Below are positions 37,105 through 47,124 of a stretch of DNA of 64,000 bases, in pieces. The notes under the pieces are model-generated. The model made no database searches, had not been told where the DNA came from, and worked only from the letters and a program-made list of their open reading frames with translations. The DNA lies in assembly GCA_965248835.1 (NCBI GenBank), contig CBDFLJ010000002.1, positions 1,120,001 through 1,184,000 on the forward strand. Reading direction: 5' to 3'. The stretch comes from Alphaproteobacteria bacterium (GTDB lineage Bacteria > Pseudomonadota > Alphaproteobacteria > MPNO01). A program made the position numbers and the translations under genes. Numbering within the stretch: position 1 is the first letter of the stretch; each line of letters starts with the position of its first letter.

Positions 37105-37592
37105 ACCGCGGCGCCCGGCATCCGGTCGCCTTCACGGTCAACGGGCAGCACATTACCGGCGATTCCGAGCCGCGCATGCTGCTGTCCGATTTTCTGGTGC
37201 ACGAGCTCGGGCTGACCAGCGTCCACGTCGGCTGCGAGCACGGCGTGTGCGGGGCCTGCACGGTGAGGATCGACGGCCGCGTCGCGCGGGCCTGCCTGAC
37301 CCTCGCCGTCCAGGCCGATGGCAAGCGTGTGGAGACTGCCGAGGGCCTGGCCTCCACCGAGGGCGAGCTCAGCGACCTGCAATTGGCCTTCCGCAGGCAT
37401 CACGGCCTGCAGTGCGGCTACTGCACCCCCGGCATCCTGATGTCGCTCAGCGCCTATCTCGAGGAAGACCCGGCGCCGACGGAACAAGCCCTGCGCGACA
37501 TGCTGAGCGGCCACCTGTGCCGCTGCACCGGCTACGTCAACATGGTCCGCGCCATCATGGATCTTGTCTCGACCGCGAGAGAATCGGAATAA
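37092..37592 (+). CDS. Molybdenum hydroxylase 2Fe-2S subunit (HmfC/CoxS-like)
   Basis: GCEHGVCGACT, QCGYCTPG, CRCTGY. Confidence 0.92.
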   Translation: MPKLDRGARHPVAFTVNGQHITGDSEPRMLLSDFLVHELGLTSVHVGCEHGVCGACTVRIDGRVARACLTLAVQADGKRVETAEGLASTEGELSDLQLAFRRHHGLQCGYCTPGILMSLSAYLEEDPAPTEQALRDMLSGHLCRCTGYVNMVRAIMDLVSTARESE

Positions 37593-37643
37593 CGCGGCAA
37601 CCGGTCCGCGTCCAAGCGGGCAATCCCGCCCGGCGAAGCAGGA

Positions 37644-37733
37644 TGGCGGATGGGGTGGGATTCGAACCCACGAGACGCTCGCACGTCTGCCGGTTTTCAA
37701 GACCGGTGCCTTCAACCGCTCGGCCACCCATCC
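37644..37733 (-). tRNA. tRNA-Ser(TGA)
   Basis: 90-nt cloverleaf, anticodon arm CCGGT-CT-TGA-AA-ACCGG, long variable arm, GGTTCGAATCC, encoded CCA. Confidence 0.97.
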
Positions 37734-37843
37734 GTGCGATGACATCTACAGCGATTCCATCGCTCCAGACACTGCTTTTCGCGCTGTGTGCACCGGAGCA
37801 CAGTCTTATGATCGGCGCGGGATGACACCGTGGGAGGAGCGAT

Positions 37844-38464
37844 ATGACGGACGTGGTGCGGCAACAGGCAATGCAGGACGAGCACGAAATCGCCGATCTT
37901 CTGGTGCGCTGGGGCCATGCGCGGGACGCCGATGATTGGGAGACGCTGGCGGCCTGCTTCCACGGCGACGCGACGATCAGCATCTCCTGGATGTCCGGGG
38001 CCGCCCGCGATTTCCTCGAAGGCTCCAAGGCGATGGCGGAGAGGCGCCGGCCGGGCAGCCATGTCAAGCATGTCTTCACCGGGCCGTTGATCCTGGTGAA
38101 CGGCGATCGCGCCTTCAGCCGCTGCCATGTCACGCTTTTCGCGCGCGCGTTCATCGACGGCCACGAGTTCGATTTCCAATCGCTGTTCCGGTTCTTCGAT
38201 CTGCTGGAGCGGCGTGCTGGCGTCTGGCGCATCTTCAAGCGGACCGGCGTATACGAGAAGGACAGGATGGACCCGGTCGATCCGCGCGGCGTGCCGGCGA
38301 GCTTCTACGAGGCCATGGACCTGTCGTCCTTCCCGCCGGAGATGCGTTTTCTGTGCTTTCGCCAGTCGAAAACCGGCGTCCCATCGGTCCCCTGCATTGC
38401 CGTCTACAGCCCCGAAGAGGCAGCGCTGCGTTCGGCGTGCCTGGAATGGTTGGCCGGTCCGTGA
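37844..38464 (+). CDS. SnoaL-like/NTF2 family protein
   Basis: RDADDWETLAACFHGDA, RFFDLLERR..WRI..R..YEKDRMDP; GGAGG RBS. Confidence 0.8.
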   Translation: MTDVVRQQAMQDEHEIADLLVRWGHARDADDWETLAACFHGDATISISWMSGAARDFLEGSKAMAERRRPGSHVKHVFTGPLILVNGDRAFSRCHVTLFARAFIDGHEFDFQSLFRFFDLLERRAGVWRIFKRTGVYEKDRMDPVDPRGVPASFYEAMDLSSFPPEMRFLCFRQSKTGVPSVPCIAVYSPEEAALRSACLEWLAGP

Positions 38465-38538
38465 GGCAGCGCCGGATATCGCCGGGCTGACCGCTCTGCT
38501 ATGCTCGGACGAACGGAATTCAAGACAGGGGATGGGTC

Positions 38539-40170
38539 ATGGCGGATCGCGCCAGCTACGACTACATCGTCGTCGGCGCGGGCTCGGCAGGCTGCGTGCT
38601 GGCCAACCGGCTGAGCGAGGACGCGGACGTCCAGGTGCTGTTGATCGAGGCCGGCGGCTGGGACCGCGACCCGATGATCCACATTCCCCTCGGTTGGGGC
38701 GTGCTGCTCGAAGAGCGCCGGCATGACTGGATGTATTTCACCGAGCCGGAGCCAAACCTCGACAACCGAAGCATCGAATGCGCCCGCGGACGGATCATCG
38801 GCGGGTCGTCCTCGATCAACGCCATGGCTTATGTCCGCGGCCATCGGGGCGACTACGACCGGTGGCGCCAGAAGGGCTGTCCGGGCTGGTCCTATGCCGA
38901 GGTGCTGCCCTATTTCCGCAAGGCCGAGAACTGGGGGGGCGGTGCCGACGCGTTCCGCGGCACGGACGGGCCGTTGTCGGTCCGCACCGGCACCTACAAC
39001 GACGATTTCGTCGATGCCTATGTCGAGGGCGCCAGGGCGATCGGCCACAAATACACCGAGGACTACAACGGCGCCGAGCAGGAGGGCTTTTGCCGGATCC
39101 AGCAGACCATCCGCGACGGCAAGCGGTGCAGCACCGCGGTGGCCTATCTGAAGCCGGTGCTGAAGCGGCCCAACGTGAGGCTTCACACCAGGGCGCTGGC
39201 CACCCGACTGCTGATCGAGAATGGCCGCGCCGTGGGGCTGGAATACGAGCACGGAGGGCAGATGCACGAGGTCCGGGCCGAGCGCGAGGTGCTGCTCTCG
39301 GGCGGGGTCATCAACTCCCCGCAGGTATTGTTGCTGTCAGGCATTGGCAGGCCTGACGAGCTGGGCGAGCACGGCATCCGGACCGTCCACGAGCTGCCCG
39401 GTGTGGGCAAGAACCTGCAGGACCATCTTTCGGCCATCGTCAACTACAGCCGCGAGAAGGCCGGGGTCTTCCGCACCCAGATGCGGCTCGACCAGCTCGC
39501 GATGGACATGCCGCGGGCCTATCTCGCCGGCAGTGGACCGGCGACCGACCTGCCGGCAGGCGTGATGGCCTTCGTCAAGAGCCGGCCCGAGGCCGACTTG
39601 CCCGACATCCAGTTCCTGTTCCGCGACTTGCCGGTGGAGACCTATCCCTGGTTCCCCGGATATCGGCGCGCGTGGCCCGACGGGTTCGGCTGCCGTCCGG
39701 TGCTGCTGCGCCCGCAGAGCAGGGGCGAGGTCAAGCTCGCCTCCGCCGATCCGCGCAAAAAAATCCGCATCATCCAGAATTTCCTGTCCGAGCCGGCCGA
39801 TATCGAGACTCTCCGCGAGGGATTCAAACGGGTGCGCGAGGTCGGTGAGACCAAGGCGCTGGAGCGCTTCGGCGTTGCCGAGACCGACCCCGGAGTCGAC
39901 GTGACCTCCGATGCGGAGATCGATGCCTATATCCGCGCGACCTCGGCGACAGCGCACCATCCGGCCGGGACCTGCAAGATGGGAAGTGACGACATGGCGG
40001 TCGTCGACCCCGAACTGAAGGTGCGCGGGATTGACGGGCTGCGGGTTGTCGATGCCTCGGTCTTTCCCGACCTGGTCGGCGGCAACATCAACGCCCCGGT
40101 GATCATGATCGCCGAGAAGGCCGCCGACATGATCCGGGGCCGCGCGCCCCTGGCGCCGGCGGAGGTCTGA
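38539..40170 (+). CDS. GMC family FAD oxidoreductase (choline dehydrogenase-like)
   Basis: GAGSAGCVLANRL, GGSSSINAM, VGKNLQDH, HPAGTCKMG, GNINAP. Confidence 0.92.
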   Translation: MADRASYDYIVVGAGSAGCVLANRLSEDADVQVLLIEAGGWDRDPMIHIPLGWGVLLEERRHDWMYFTEPEPNLDNRSIECARGRIIGGSSSINAMAYVRGHRGDYDRWRQKGCPGWSYAEVLPYFRKAENWGGGADAFRGTDGPLSVRTGTYNDDFVDAYVEGARAIGHKYTEDYNGAEQEGFCRIQQTIRDGKRCSTAVAYLKPVLKRPNVRLHTRALATRLLIENGRAVGLEYEHGGQMHEVRAEREVLLSGGVINSPQVLLLSGIGRPDELGEHGIRTVHELPGVGKNLQDHLSAIVNYSREKAGVFRTQMRLDQLAMDMPRAYLAGSGPATDLPAGVMAFVKSRPEADLPDIQFLFRDLPVETYPWFPGYRRAWPDGFGCRPVLLRPQSRGEVKLASADPRKKIRIIQNFLSEPADIETLREGFKRVREVGETKALERFGVAETDPGVDVTSDAEIDAYIRATSATAHHPAGTCKMGSDDMAVVDPELKVRGIDGLRVVDASVFPDLVGGNINAPVIMIAEKAADMIRGRAPLAPAEV

Positions 40171-40263
40171 TGGCGCCGATTGACATCGACCCGGAGCGCC
40201 TGACTGCGATACTGTGGCCTGGGCGGTACCGGTGAACCGGCTGGCGCAACGTAAAGATTTCGC

Positions 40264-40863
40264 GTGCGGTTGTTCTGTCTCGATCTCGAAGGCGTCCTGA
40301 TACCCGAAGTCTGGATCGGGCTCGCGGAACGTACTGGCATCGAAGCGCTTCGCGCGACCACCCGCGACATCCCCGACTACGATACCCTGATGCGCCAGCG
40401 GCTTCGGCTGCTGGACGAGAACGGGTTGGGGATGGCCGACATCGGCGCAGTGGTCGCGGGCATGGAGCCGCTACCCGGCGCGGCCGTCTTCCTCGACTGG
40501 CTGCGCGAGCGCGGGCCGGTGGTCATCCTGTCCGATACCTTCGCCGAGTTCGCTCGGCCGCTGATGCGCGCACTCGGCTGGCCGACGCTGTTCTGCCACA
40601 GCCTTACCGTGGCCGACGACGGCGCGATCACGGACTACACCCTGCGCCATGCCGATCACAAGCGCGCCAGCGTGCTCGCTTTCAAGGCGCTCAACTTCCA
40701 CGTCACCGCGGTCGGCGATTCCTACAACGACACCGCCATGCTGGGCGCGGCCCACGCCGGCATTCTGTTCCGCGCCCCGCCGGCCGTCCGCGAGGAGTTC
40801 CCCGACTTCCCGCCGGTCGAGGACTACGCTGCGCTGCGGGAGGCGATTCTCGATTGCGGCTGA
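40264..40863 (+). CDS. thrH: Phosphoserine phosphatase/homoserine phosphotransferase
   Basis: CLDLEGVLIPEVW, TTRDIPDYD.LM, LSDTF, GDSYNDTAML. Confidence 0.92.
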   Translation: MRLFCLDLEGVLIPEVWIGLAERTGIEALRATTRDIPDYDTLMRQRLRLLDENGLGMADIGAVVAGMEPLPGAAVFLDWLRERGPVVILSDTFAEFARPLMRALGWPTLFCHSLTVADDGAITDYTLRHADHKRASVLAFKALNFHVTAVGDSYNDTAMLGAAHAGILFRAPPAVREEFPDFPPVEDYAALREAILDCG

Positions 40864-41002
40864 GCCGGGCAGGCGGAGAATCGCTCTGTCCTGTCGAGCT
40901 TCTTGTCCGATCACAACGGATTGATATAGTGAGCCGCCGCGCGTTTCCGAGCGGCATTCCGCCCGTTTGGGCTCGGTTCCAGGAAAATCGGAGAAACGAA
41001 CG

Positions 41003-42106
41003 ATGACCAGCCGTTGGAAATTGGCGCTTGCGGTCGCTGGCGCCTCTCTGCTCGGCATCACGGCGGCCAAGGCCGAGATCGCGATCGCGACGGCCGGACC
41101 GATGACCGGGCAATATGCCGCATTCGGCGAGCAGATGCGCCGGGGCGCAGAGATGGCTGCGCGCGATATCAACGCCAAGGGCGGCGTGCTCGGCCAGAAG
41201 CTCCGTATCGAGATCGGCGATGACGCGTGCGATCCCAAGCAGGCCGTGGCGGTCGCCAACGAGATGGTGGGCAAGGGCATCCGGTTCATGGCCGGCCATT
41301 TCTGCTCAGGGTCTTCGATCCCGGCCTCGGACGTCTATGCCGACGAGGACATTCTGCAGATCTCGCCCGCATCGACCAACCCCAAGCTGACCGAGCGCGG
41401 GATGGCCAACGTCTTCCGGGTCTGCGGCCGCGACGATCAGCAGGGCAAGGTCGCCGGCAACTTCCTGGCCGATATGTTCGGCAACAAGAAGATCGCGGTC
41501 CTCCATGACAAGACGGCCTACGGTAAGGGGCTTGCCGATGAGACCCGGAAGACGCTGCGCGGCCGGGGCAAGAGCGAGACGCTGTACGAGGCCTTTACCG
41601 CCGGCGAGAAGGACTATTCGGCGCTGGTCTCCAAGCTCAAGAAGAACGGCATCAATGTGGTCTATCTCGGCGGCTATCACACCGAGGCGGGGCTGATCGT
41701 CCGCCAGATGCGCGCCCAGGGCATGGCGACGAAACTGGTCTCGGGCGATGCGTTGGTGACTGATGAGTACTGGGCGATTACCGGCGCGGCGGGTGAGGGG
41801 ACGCTGATGACCTTCAGCCCCGACCCGCGCAAGAATCCGGTCGCCAAGCCTCTGGTCGAGCGTTTCCGCGCCGGTGGCTACGAGCCGGAGGGATACACTC
41901 TTTACACCTACGGGGCGATCCAGGCCTGGGTTCAGGCAGTCGAGAAAGCCGGCACCACCGACACCTCCAAGGTGATCGAGGTCCTCAGGTCGGCCAGCTT
42001 CGAGACGGTGCTGGGCAAGATCGGTTTCGACAGCAAAGGCGACGTGACCGCGCCCGGCTACGTCTTCTATGAATGGAGCAACGGCAAGTACGACTACATT
42101 AACTGA
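41003..42106 (+). CDS. Branched-chain amino acid ABC transporter substrate-binding protein (LivJ/LivK family)
   Basis: AGPMTGQYA, DDACDPKQAV, GHFCSGSSIPAS, HDKTAYGKGLA. Confidence 0.92.
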   Translation: MTSRWKLALAVAGASLLGITAAKAEIAIATAGPMTGQYAAFGEQMRRGAEMAARDINAKGGVLGQKLRIEIGDDACDPKQAVAVANEMVGKGIRFMAGHFCSGSSIPASDVYADEDILQISPASTNPKLTERGMANVFRVCGRDDQQGKVAGNFLADMFGNKKIAVLHDKTAYGKGLADETRKTLRGRGKSETLYEAFTAGEKDYSALVSKLKKNGINVVYLGGYHTEAGLIVRQMRAQGMATKLVSGDALVTDEYWAITGAAGEGTLMTFSPDPRKNPVAKPLVERFRAGGYEPEGYTLYTYGAIQAWVQAVEKAGTTDTSKVIEVLRSASFETVLGKIGFDSKGDVTAPGYVFYEWSNGKYDYIN

Positions 42107-42150
42107 GCGCCCGCTCCGTCGGAGCAACGCTCAGATCAAGACCGGCGGAT

Positions 42151-42188
42151 CAAGACCGCGCGCCCCGAGCCCGGGGCGCGCGGTCTTG
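42151..42188. terminator. Bidirectional terminator-like hairpin
   Basis: Perfect 17-bp stem CAAGACCGCGCGCCCCG-agcc-CGGGGCGCGCGGTCTTG between convergent genes. Confidence 0.7.
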
Positions 42189-42201
42189 TCTTGCGCTTCG
42201 A

Positions 42202-42651
42202 TCAGCTACGGCGCGTGCGCCGCGGCTTTCGTACCACCTTCTTGCGGCCAAGCCCGATCTTCTTGGCGAAGTCCGAGCGCTGGGCGGCATAGTTCGGCGC
42301 CACCATCGGATAGTCCGCCGGCAAGTTCCATTTGGCTCGATATTCATCGGGCGTCATGTTGTATGCAGCTCTCAGATGCCGCTTGAGCATTTTGAGCTTT
42401 TTGCCGTCTTCCAGGCATACGATGTGGTCCGGTGTCACCGAGCGCCGAATGCTGACGGCCGGCTTCGCGGGCTCCGCCACCGGTTCGGGCTTGCCGCCTT
42501 CGACGCCGATTAGAGAACTAAAGACGGTATTGATGACTTCCGGCACCTGATTTGCCGGCACGGTGTTGTTGCTCACATACGCCGCAACGATGTCGACTGC
42601 CATGCGCAACATTTCACTTCGATCGGCCACAGTTTTTCCCTCTTCCACCAT
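42202..42651 (-). CDS. mucR: MucR/Ros family zinc-finger transcriptional regulator
   Basis: IVAAYVSNN, CLEDGKKLKMLKRHL, YPMVAPNYA..RS..AKKIGLG. Confidence 0.95.
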   Translation of the reverse strand: MVEEGKTVADRSEMLRMAVDIVAAYVSNNTVPANQVPEVINTVFSSLIGVEGGKPEPVAEPAKPAVSIRRSVTPDHIVCLEDGKKLKMLKRHLRAAYNMTPDEYRAKWNLPADYPMVAPNYAAQRSDFAKKIGLGRKKVVRKPRRTRRS

Positions 42652-43068
42652 TCAACATTTTACCCTTGTGTTGGTTACACGCCTGCGTGATGACACGAAC
42701 AGTTTCGGATGTCAATTCTGTTATGTCGACAATGTCAGGGAGGTTTTTTCGACAACAGCACACGAAATTGCGATGGAACCCGGCATTTGCCGGATTGATT
42801 GGTTTGATGTGCGCGGTCAATGTTCCCGATTTGCTCGGAAACGACGGGCAAGACAGTCGGTCAGTGAAGTCTTGCCACGCGGAGAACCAACCATCGGGAT
42901 CGCTGTTGGACCATATCCGCGGCGGGTAGATTTCGTGCGGCCGCGACAAATTGTCGACTCGGAAACCTGCGGCGATTGGCGCACACGGTCCGAACCACAG
43001 CGTCGGCGCCGGGGTGGAATGCCCGCCGATGCTATGATAGTTAGGCGCCCATACCGCTGAGCCGCAAT

Positions 43069-43539
43069 GTGAGCATGGCTGCCAAACCCATTTCCCTGGC
43101 TGCGGACCACGCCGGCTTTCCGCTCAAGCAGGCGGTTCGTGCCTGTCTTGCCCAGCGTGGCCTCGAGGTGCTCGATCTCGGGACCGACGACGATCAGCCG
43201 GTGGACTATCCCGACTTCGCCAATGCGTTGGCGGAAAAGCTTGCTGCGGGCATTTCCGAACGCGGGGTGCTGATCTGCGGCAGCGGCGTTGGAATGTCCA
43301 TCGCGGCCAACCGGCATTCCGGCATCCGCGCCGCGCTGGTCCATGACGCCGAGGGCGCGCGGCTTGCCCGCCAGCACAACGACGCCAACGTTCTGGTGCT
43401 TGCGGGGAGGCGGCTGACCGGGGAGGCGGCCCGGAACTGCGTCGCGGCGTTTCTGGAGACCGATTTCGAAGGTGGGCGCCACCGCCGGCGCCTCGACAAG
43501 CTGGCCAAGGGCGCATCCGCCTTGGCCGCAGGTTCGTAG
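43069..43539 (+). CDS. rpiB: Ribose-5-phosphate isomerase B
   Basis: ADHAG, VDYPD, CGSGVG, HNDAN, FEGGRH..R. Confidence 0.95.
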   Translation: MSMAAKPISLAADHAGFPLKQAVRACLAQRGLEVLDLGTDDDQPVDYPDFANALAEKLAAGISERGVLICGSGVGMSIAANRHSGIRAALVHDAEGARLARQHNDANVLVLAGRRLTGEAARNCVAAFLETDFEGGRHRRRLDKLAKGASALAAGS

Positions 43540-43549
43540 TGGAGAGATC

Positions 43550-44860
43550 ATGGCTTTGAACCCGCTTGGCGCCGATCCCGATTCGTTTGACGACTTCTTT
43601 ACTGCGGCGCTCGAAGACAGTGATCCGGATCTTCACGCGGCGATGCGTGCCGAGCTCGTTCGCCAGCAGGACCAGATCGAGCTCATCGCCTCGGAGAACT
43701 TCGTCTCGCGCGCGGTCCTCGAGGCCGCCGGCTCGGTGCTCACCAACAAATATGCCGAGGGCTATCCCGGGCGGCGCTATTACGGCGGCTGCGAGTTCGT
43801 CGACATCGTCGAGGAGCTGGCGCGCGAGCGTGCCAAGGCGCTGTTCTCGTGCGCATACGCCAACGTCCAGCCGCATTCGGGCGCCCAGGCGAACAACGCG
43901 GTCTATTTCGCGCTCTGCCAGCCCGGCGACACGATCCTCGGGCTGTCGCTCGCCGCCGGCGGTCATCTGACCCATGGCGCGCCGCCCAGCCAATCGGGCA
44001 AATGGTTCAATGCCGTCCAGTACGGCGTGCGGCCCGAGGATGCGCTGATCGACTACGACGAGGTCGAGCGCCTGGCCCGGGAGCACCGTCCCCGGATGAT
44101 CATCGCCGGCGGCTCGGCCTATCCCCGGATGATCGATTTCGCGCGCTTCAGGGCGATCGCCGATGCCGTAGAGGCCTGCCTGTTCGTCGATATGGCCCAT
44201 TTCGCGGGGCTCGTGGCGGGCGGCGTCCACCCCAGCCCGCTGCCCCATGCCCACGTCGTCGCCACGACCACCCACAAGACACTCAGGGGACCGCGCGGCG
44301 GGATGATCCTCACCAACGACGCCGAGATCGCGAAGAAGGTGAACTCGTCCATTTTTCCCGGCACCCAGGGCGGACCCTTGATGCACATCATCGCCGCCAA
44401 GGCCGCCGCGCTCGGCGAGGCGCTCAGGCCCGAGTTTGCGGCCTACTCGGCATCCGTGGTCGCCAACGCCAAGGCGCTCGCCGCGCGGCTGATCGAAGGC
44501 GGGCTCGACATCGTTTCCGGCGGGACCGATACCCATCTGATGCTGGTCGACCTCAGGCCCAAGGGCCTGACCGGCAAGCTCGCCGAGCAGAGCCTTGAGC
44601 GCGCCGGCATCACCTGCAACAAGAACGGCGTGCCGTTCGATCCGGAGAAGCCGACGATCACCTCGGGCATCCGCCTGGGATCTCCTGCGGCGACGACACG
44701 CGGCTTCGGAATCGCGGAATTCGAGCAGGTCGGTGCGTTGATCTGCGAGGTCGTCGACGGGCTCGCCGGTGCCGGCCAGGACATCGGCGCCATCGAAGAC
44801 TCGGTCCGCACGCGGGTACTGGCGCTGTGCCGAAGGTTTCCGATATACCCCGATGTATGA
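43550..44860 (+). CDS. glyA: Serine hydroxymethyltransferase
   Basis: [28 protein letters not shown]. Confidence 0.97.
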   Translation: MALNPLGADPDSFDDFFTAALEDSDPDLHAAMRAELVRQQDQIELIASENFVSRAVLEAAGSVLTNKYAEGYPGRRYYGGCEFVDIVEELARERAKALFSCAYANVQPHSGAQANNAVYFALCQPGDTILGLSLAAGGHLTHGAPPSQSGKWFNAVQYGVRPEDALIDYDEVERLAREHRPRMIIAGGSAYPRMIDFARFRAIADAVEACLFVDMAHFAGLVAGGVHPSPLPHAHVVATTTHKTLRGPRGGMILTNDAEIAKKVNSSIFPGTQGGPLMHIIAAKAAALGEALRPEFAAYSASVVANAKALAARLIEGGLDIVSGGTDTHLMLVDLRPKGLTGKLAEQSLERAGITCNKNGVPFDPEKPTITSGIRLGSPAATTRGFGIAEFEQVGALICEVVDGLAGAGQDIGAIEDSVRTRVLALCRRFPIYPDV

Positions 44861-44937
44861 TCGCGGCCCGCCGGCGTTTCCATCCGTGCGGATAGTGCGT
44901 TAGCGTCGATCGAACAGGAAAGCGGTGGAGCGCCGGC

Positions 44938-45402
44938 ATGCGTTGTCCGTTCTGCGGATCCGAGGATACACAGGTCAGGGACTCTCGCCCCACCGAAGAC
45001 AATTCGGCGATCCGGCGCCGCCGCGTCTGCGTGACATGCTCGCAGCGCTTCACCACCTTCGAGCGCGTCCAACTGCGCGAACTCACGGTGGTCAAGAAGG
45101 GCGGTGCGCGCGAGCCGCTCGACCGCGAGAAGCTCGCCCGGTCGATGAAGATCGCGCTGCGCAAGCGGCCGGTCGAGGCGGAGCGGGTCGAACGCATCAT
45201 CAACGGGATTATCCGCCGGCTGGAAAGCGCCGGCGAAACCGAGATCGAGTCCAGCACCGTGGGCGAAATGATCATGGATGCCCTGGCCAGCCTCGATCAG
45301 GTTGCCTATGTGCGGTTCGCCTCGGTCTACCGCAACTTCCGCGAGGCGCGCGATTTCGAGGACTTCGTCGGGACGTTGAGTGACACCGGTGCCAACGAGT
45401 GA
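44938..45402 (+). CDS. nrdR: Transcriptional repressor NrdR
   Basis: [30 protein letters not shown]. Confidence 0.97.
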   Translation: MRCPFCGSEDTQVRDSRPTEDNSAIRRRRVCVTCSQRFTTFERVQLRELTVVKKGGAREPLDREKLARSMKIALRKRPVEAERVERIINGIIRRLESAGETEIESSTVGEMIMDALASLDQVAYVRFASVYRNFREARDFEDFVGTLSDTGANE

Positions 45403-46489
45403 CCGGTCTCACATGCGGGCCGCGATCGCGCTTGCGCGCCGCGCGCTTGGCCGTGCCTGGCCCAACCCCGCGGTGGGATGCGTGATCGTCGCCGACGGCG
45501 AGGTCGTCGGCCGCGGAACGACGGCCGATGGCGGGCGCCCGCACGCCGAGACGATCGCGCTGGAGCGCGCCGGCGCGCGCGCGGCCGGTGCGACCGCCTT
45601 CGTGACCCTGGAGCCCTGCGCCCATCACGGCCAGACCCCGCCCTGCGCGGATGCCCTGATCGCGGCCGGCATCGCCCGAGTCGTGGCCGCGGTTCCCGAC
45701 CCGGACCCGAGGGTCGACGGTCGCGGCATCGCCCGGCTGCGCGAGGCGGGCATCGCCGTGGAGACCGGTCTGTGCGCCAGCGCGGCGGAAGGAGTCCTGG
45801 CCGGCTTCCTGCTGCGCGCCGCGCTCGGCCGGCCGCTGGCGACATTGAAGCTCGCCTCGACGCTCGATTCGCGGATCGCGACCCGGGACGGGCAGAGCCG
45901 GTGGATCACCGGCGAAGCGGCGCGCCAGTCGGTTCATCTGCTGCGCGCGCGCCACGATGCGGTCCTGGTCGGCGCCCGGACCGCGCTGTACGACGATCCG
46001 GCGCTGACCTGCCGGCTGGCCGGGCTGGAGGGGGCGAGCCCGGTCCGCGTGCTGGTCGACGGTGCGACGGCCTTGCCGCGGACCCATGCCCTGATCGCGA
46101 CCGCGTCACAGACGCCGACCTGGCTGGTTCTGCCGCGCGCACGCGAGACCCGCCGCCGCACCGACTACGAAGGCAGCGGCGTCAAGTTCCTTCCGGTCGC
46201 CGACGGCGAGGACGGCCGGGTCGATCTGGCGGCGGCGCTCAAGGCGCTCGCCGGCGAGGGGATCACCTCTGTCCTCATCGAAGGGGGCGCCGGGATTGCC
46301 GCATCGCTGCTGCGCGCCGGGCTGGTCGATCGGCTGGTCTGGTATCGCGCGCCGCGGCTGATCGGCGCGGACGGGCGCGAGGCGGTTGAGGCGCTCGGGG
46401 TCGACACGCTTGACGCAGCGATGGACTTCGCCAAGATTTCCGCCCGGCCCGTCGGTCAGGATCTGGTCGAGACCTATCTGCCGGCATAG
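45380..46489 (+). CDS. ribD: Riboflavin biosynthesis deaminase/reductase
   Basis: [17 protein letters not shown]...PPC, SRWIT, IEGG. Confidence 0.96.
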   Translation: MTPVPTSDRSHMRAAIALARRALGRAWPNPAVGCVIVADGEVVGRGTTADGGRPHAETIALERAGARAAGATAFVTLEPCAHHGQTPPCADALIAAGIARVVAAVPDPDPRVDGRGIARLREAGIAVETGLCASAAEGVLAGFLLRAALGRPLATLKLASTLDSRIATRDGQSRWITGEAARQSVHLLRARHDAVLVGARTALYDDPALTCRLAGLEGASPVRVLVDGATALPRTHALIATASQTPTWLVLPRARETRRRTDYEGSGVKFLPVADGEDGRVDLAAALKALAGEGITSVLIEGGAGIAASLLRAGLVDRLVWYRAPRLIGADGREAVEALGVDTLDAAMDFAKISARPVGQDLVETYLPA

Positions 46490-46512
46490 CGCCGAAGGCG
46501 GCGAGAGGAACG

Positions 46513-47100
46513 ATGTTTACCGGTATCGTCACCGATCTGGGCCGGGTCCGCGCCGTCGAGCGGCGCGGCGACACGCGCATCGAAATCGAGACCGCCTATG
46601 ACACCGCCGAAATCGATATCGGCGCCTCGATCGCGTGCTCGGGCCCCTGCCTGACGGTGGTCGACCGCGGGCCGGGCTGGTTCGCCATCGAGGCTTCGGC
46701 CGAGACCATGGACAAGACGACGCTGGGTGACTGGCAGGTCGGTTCGGGCGTCAACCTGGAGCGTTCTCTAAAGATCGGCGACGAGCTGGGCGGGCATATC
46801 GTCTCCGGCCACGTCGACGGCACAGCCCGGATACTTGACACCTTGCGGGAGGGGGATAGTGTCAGGTTCACCTTCGAGGCGCCCGAAGGCTTCGGAGCCT
46901 ATGTCGCGCCGAAGGGATCGATCGCTCTGGACGGCGTGTCTCTGACCGTCAATGAAGTCGACGGACGGCGGTTCGGGGTGAACATTATCAGCCACACCCG
47001 CACCTGCACGACATTCGGGCGGCTCGGTGCCGGTGACCGGGTCAATTTCGAAGTCGATACCATCGCGCGCTACGTCGCAAGGTTGGTAGACCGCGATTGA
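46513..47100 (+). CDS. ribE: Riboflavin synthase (alpha chain)
   Basis: MFTGIV, GPCLTV, GGHIVSGHVD, KGSIALDGVSLTVN. Confidence 0.96.
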   Translation: MFTGIVTDLGRVRAVERRGDTRIEIETAYDTAEIDIGASIACSGPCLTVVDRGPGWFAIEASAETMDKTTLGDWQVGSGVNLERSLKIGDELGGHIVSGHVDGTARILDTLREGDSVRFTFEAPEGFGAYVAPKGSIALDGVSLTVNEVDGRRFGVNIISHTRTCTTFGRLGAGDRVNFEVDTIARYVARLVDRD

Positions 47101-47124
47101 CAGGTCGATGGAAGGGGTCCCTGG

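Noticed and set aside
33311-37592. Aerobic CO dehydrogenase
   Set aside because: The AYxCSFR/AYRGAGR loop is absent (VRGFGGP instead) and there are no coxDEF genes.
37600-37733. Integrative element at tRNA-Ser
   Set aside because: No integrase and no duplicated tRNA 3' end found by eye in the window.
38539-40170. Specific call as betA or hmfH
   Set aside because: Only generic GMC motifs are visible, there is no betB/betI, and tRNA-Ser separates it from the Mo hydroxylase.
40171-40263. Possible ZMP/ZTP riboswitch before thrH (TGACTG, GCCTGGGC)
   Set aside because: The P1/P2 stems and GGGGAGC element are missing and the spacing is too short.
42652-43068. ORFs or ncRNA in the AT-richer mucR-rpiB gap
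   Set aside because: No motifs, RBS or recognisable RNA fold; best explained as divergent promoters.
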